In this document: piece by piece, positions 44,442-46,106 of the stretch
Layout: each line of letters opens with the position of its first letter
How positions within the stretch are numbered: the first letter of the stretch is position 1
Source of the DNA: Eggerthella sp. CAG:368
Lineage (GTDB): Bacteria > Actinomycetota > Coriobacteriia > Coriobacteriales > Eggerthellaceae
Assembly (NCBI GenBank): GCA_000434775.1
Contig: FR895492.1
Location: forward strand, 129,520-175,625
Direction: 5' to 3'
DNA: 46,106 nt
Translations under genes and position numbers: made by a program
The notes under the pieces: model-generated
Told to the model about the DNA's origin: nothing
Database searches by the model: none
Seen by the model: the letters and a program-made list of their open reading frames with translations, nothing else

Positions 44442-44822
44442 AGAGAGAAAGAGCAGAGAAAGTTCTTAGCTAGTCAATAGCGGCTAAGAGTGAATCTAGG
44501 TGGTAACTAGGCATGACTAGCACCAACCTAGAGCCAAGCTTTTTTCTTTCACTTGCACTGATTAGGTTAAAGGGTCAATCCGCCCTTGTTTCCCGTGCGG
44601 GAAACGATAGTTCACCTTTTGAGTGAACCCCCTAAAACAGCAGGCATTCATGCTTACCTCTTTAGTTGCAAACTTCAAGCAGCTTACGCTTGGGCGGCTT
44701 TGCTATTTACGAAAGACCGCCATCTCAAAATGTTGGCCAAAATGACCACCTCCTTTTGTAGAGGCATTTAGAGACACAAACAGTATAAGAACAAACATTC
44801 ATATACGTAAAGGAGAAAACAT

Positions 44823-45014
44823 ATGAGAAGCAACATTGCAAAGCTATGCGAAGAAAAAGGCATTAGCCGTTATCGACTAGCTAAGAACTTAGGTATCACG
44901 GATGAAATCTTATACCGATACGAAAAGAAAGGCTTAGACAAAGCGCAATTTGGCTACATGGTCAAAATCGCTAAAGAACTTGGATGTTCACTTGAAGAGC
45001 TATACGAGGAGTAA
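44823..45014 (+). CDS. Small XRE-family HTH protein, 63 aa
   Basis: IAKLCEEKGISRYRLAKNLGITDEILYRYEKKG. SD AAAGGAG lies 7 nt upstream. Confidence 0.8.
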   Translation: MRSNIAKLCEEKGISRYRLAKNLGITDEILYRYEKKGLDKAQFGYMVKIAKELGCSLEELYEE

Positions 45015-45016
45015 AA

Positions 45017-45100
45017 ATGAAAAGATTTCTCTGGCTTCTATTTTGCTTTATCACAGGTGCAATAGTTGCTCACTTATTAAGCTTACACAAGCTTACATAG
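45017..45100 (+). CDS. 27-aa hydrophobic mini-protein (single predicted TM)
   Basis: MKRFLWLLFCFITGAIVAHLLSLHKLT. GAGGAG lies 5 nt upstream of the ATG and overlaps the end of the preceding gene. Confidence 0.4.
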   Translation: MKRFLWLLFCFITGAIVAHLLSLHKLT

Positions 45101-45147
45101 CTCATTAAATTCACTAGAACTTAGGCCAATTTTATTTACGCAATACA

Positions 45148-45606
45148 TTAACCCTCCAACCACTTACTACGATGCTTCCTTATTTCAAGAATAACATCGG
45201 GCTGAATTTGGAAGTCTATCCATTCAAAAACCCCCGTAAAAGGGGGCATACCAAAAATACCAAGCTCGCACAGAGTAAGAGCATCGTGATCATGAGCACT
45301 TAGATTAACGGAACCCTCATTTAAGGCTTCAATAACAAGCCCACGTTGGCGATTGGTTAGTGAAGCAAAACAGCGTTCGAGATTTTTTATTTTTTGGCGC
45401 TTTGTCGCTGGGGTTTGTCGGCTATGCCCAACACCACGACGGTATCCACAACTATAACCAAGAACACCCATAGCTGTACCGAAAGCTACACAAGCAAAGG
45501 TATCAATGTCAGGGACAACGTAAGACAGAACAAAAGAGATAAGCCAAGACACAAGGGAGGAAATAACAGCAGAAAAAACAGTGCCTAAAACATCGAAGTT
45601 TTGCAT
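45148..45606 (-). CDS. 2-TM membrane protein; C-terminal domain tentatively SieB-like (superinfection exclusion)
   Basis: 152 aa. TM1 is VLGTVFSAVISSLVSWLISFVLSYVV and TM2 is FACVAFGTAMGVLGYSCGY. The soluble tail LERCFASLTNRQRGLVIEALNEGSVNL...ALTLCELGIF...IQPDVILEIRKH follows the pattern I recall for SieB-family proteins. SD AGGAG lies 4 nt upstream. It is oriented against the early operon. Confidence 0.7.
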   Translation of the reverse strand: MQNFDVLGTVFSAVISSLVSWLISFVLSYVVPDIDTFACVAFGTAMGVLGYSCGYRRGVGHSRQTPATKRQKIKNLERCFASLTNRQRGLVIEALNEGSVNLSAHDHDALTLCELGIFGMPPFTGVFEWIDFQIQPDVILEIRKHRSKWLEG

Positions 45607-45632
45607 TGCGCTCCTAACAGAAAGGTAAAAAC

Positions 45633-45716
45633 ATGAATCAGTTTATCCCATTTCTCGCAATGACTTTTATTGGCGTTGTATGCGCCTTAATCGGATACAA
45701 GATAGGGCGAATGTAA
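45633..45716 (+). CDS. 27-aa hydrophobic mini-protein (single predicted TM)
   Basis: MNQFIPFLAMTFIGVVCALIGYKIGRM. AGAAAGG lies 7 nt upstream. Its ATG is only 26 nt from the divergent ATG of the 2-TM gene. Confidence 0.4.
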   Translation: MNQFIPFLAMTFIGVVCALIGYKIGRM

Positions 45717-45815
45717 GCCATCGAAAACAACAAAAAGCCCCCGCCACACCACTGACGAGGGCAACCGCTTAGAAGCGGACAACACATTAACGATTCTAAG
45801 GAGGATCGATGAATT

Positions 45816-46007
45816 ATGCAAGTAACAACACCACTCACTATAGGAGTGAAAGAAGCAGCCAAAATAACGGGGTTACCAGCGAGCTTCATATATCAATGTT
45901 GCCGCAGACAGGACGAGCTGAGACTCCCTCACATCAAAAGCGGTACTCGTATTCACGTAATCACCAAAGAGATACCAGCTTGGATGGAAAAACTCGCAGA
46001 AAGCTAA
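45816..46007 (+). CDS. Excisionase-family / HTH_17 (AlpA-Xis-like) DNA-binding protein
   Basis: 63 aa. LTIGVKEAAKITGLPASFIYQCCRRQDELRLPHIKSGTRIHV fits the MerR-like winged-helix excisionase pattern (L-T-x-x-E-A-A-x-x-L-G-x-S-x-x-x-I-Y...G-x-R). AAGGAGG lies 11 nt upstream. Confidence 0.75.
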   Translation: MQVTTPLTIGVKEAAKITGLPASFIYQCCRRQDELRLPHIKSGTRIHVITKEIPAWMEKLAES

Positions 46008-46106
46008 CTGATCTGGAAGCCTTACTAATCGCTCTACTTACCGCGTCTGTTCTTCTGTTTTATCTATACGCAATGGGCGTGGTGACGTTTCAATGAGCGC
46101 ATGGAC

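Larger units (their letters stand above)
38764..46106. mobile_element. Integrated temperate-phage-like element (prophage or PICI-like island), left part only
   Basis: A tRNA-fragment junction, an adjacent tyrosine integrase, a CI/LexA-like repressor divergent from a Cro-like gene, an excisionase-family HTH, morons and small ORFs. The right end and any second att copy were not seen in the window. Confidence 0.8.

Noticed and set aside
44586-44771. 61-aa TTG-initiated ORF in the 380-bp early-region gap
   Set aside because: It has no SD and is built from hairpin sequences. I treated the region as non-coding and structured instead.
45809-46096. 95-aa plus-strand ORF overlapping the excisionase-family gene; also the 83-aa minus-strand ORF at 45638..45889
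   Set aside because: The sequences are not protein-like (Ser/Asn/Arg-rich). The alternative frame gives a recognisable HTH_17-type protein. The minus-strand ORF has no SD and overlaps SD-supported plus-strand ORFs.

Overview
The window has two parts.

**Part 1, positions 1 to about 38,760: ordinary chromosomal backbone, mostly on the minus strand.**
- It starts with the first four genes of an Ech-type (group 4, complex-I-like) [NiFe] hydrogenase, then tRNA-Pro.
- The housekeeping genes that follow are coaBC, a membrane protein, rluD-like, lspA, ileS, degV, a degenerate aminotransferase-like gene and dinB.
- They continue with a GT2 glycosyltransferase, pta and ackA (convergent), xseB-xseA, a YugP-like Zn peptidase, rnd and a DAG-kinase-family lipid kinase.
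- A metal-homeostasis patch comes next. It holds a yybP-ykoY Mn riboswitch with a TerC gene, and a CDF transporter. Within and next to it lie tRNA-Gly, tRNA-Leu and tRNA-Val and a LysR regulator.
- The block secG-gpmI-tpiA-pgk-gap-whiA-yvcK-rapZ-uvrC is followed by a CPA1 Na+/H+ antiporter.
- This synteny, together with a GC content that looks to be in the low 40s by eye, suggests a low-GC actinobacterium, possibly Coriobacteriia-like. That is inference only.
- Several genes use well-supported TTG or GTG starts. The ORF track renders these as M.

**Part 2, position 38,764 to the right edge: a phage-like integrative element.**
- It is inserted at a tRNA-Lys(CUU) gene. Only the 3' 45 nt of the tRNA remain at this junction, and the other end lies outside the window.
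- The element carries a tyrosine integrase and a cargo operon. The cargo operon holds an RHH protein, a truncated RhuM fragment and an MqsR-like toxin. It also holds an MqsA-like antitoxin with a C-terminal tail and a SecB-like chaperone, which together look like a TAC-type tripartite module.
- It also carries an SOS-cleavable CI/LexA-like repressor. That repressor is co-transcribed with an orphan 277-aa protein.
- A divergent Cro-like switch has four ACACC-N5-GGTGT operators.
- Further right are small early genes and a tentatively SieB-like 2-TM protein on the opposite strand, flanked by two 27-aa hydrophobic mini-ORFs. An excisionase-family HTH gene follows.

**Best candidates for new biology**
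- the repressor-linked 277-aa orphan
- the TAC-like module
- the structured leader with a mini-ORF behind a palindrome-bearing consensus promoter

No CRISPR array, IS element or rRNA was seen.
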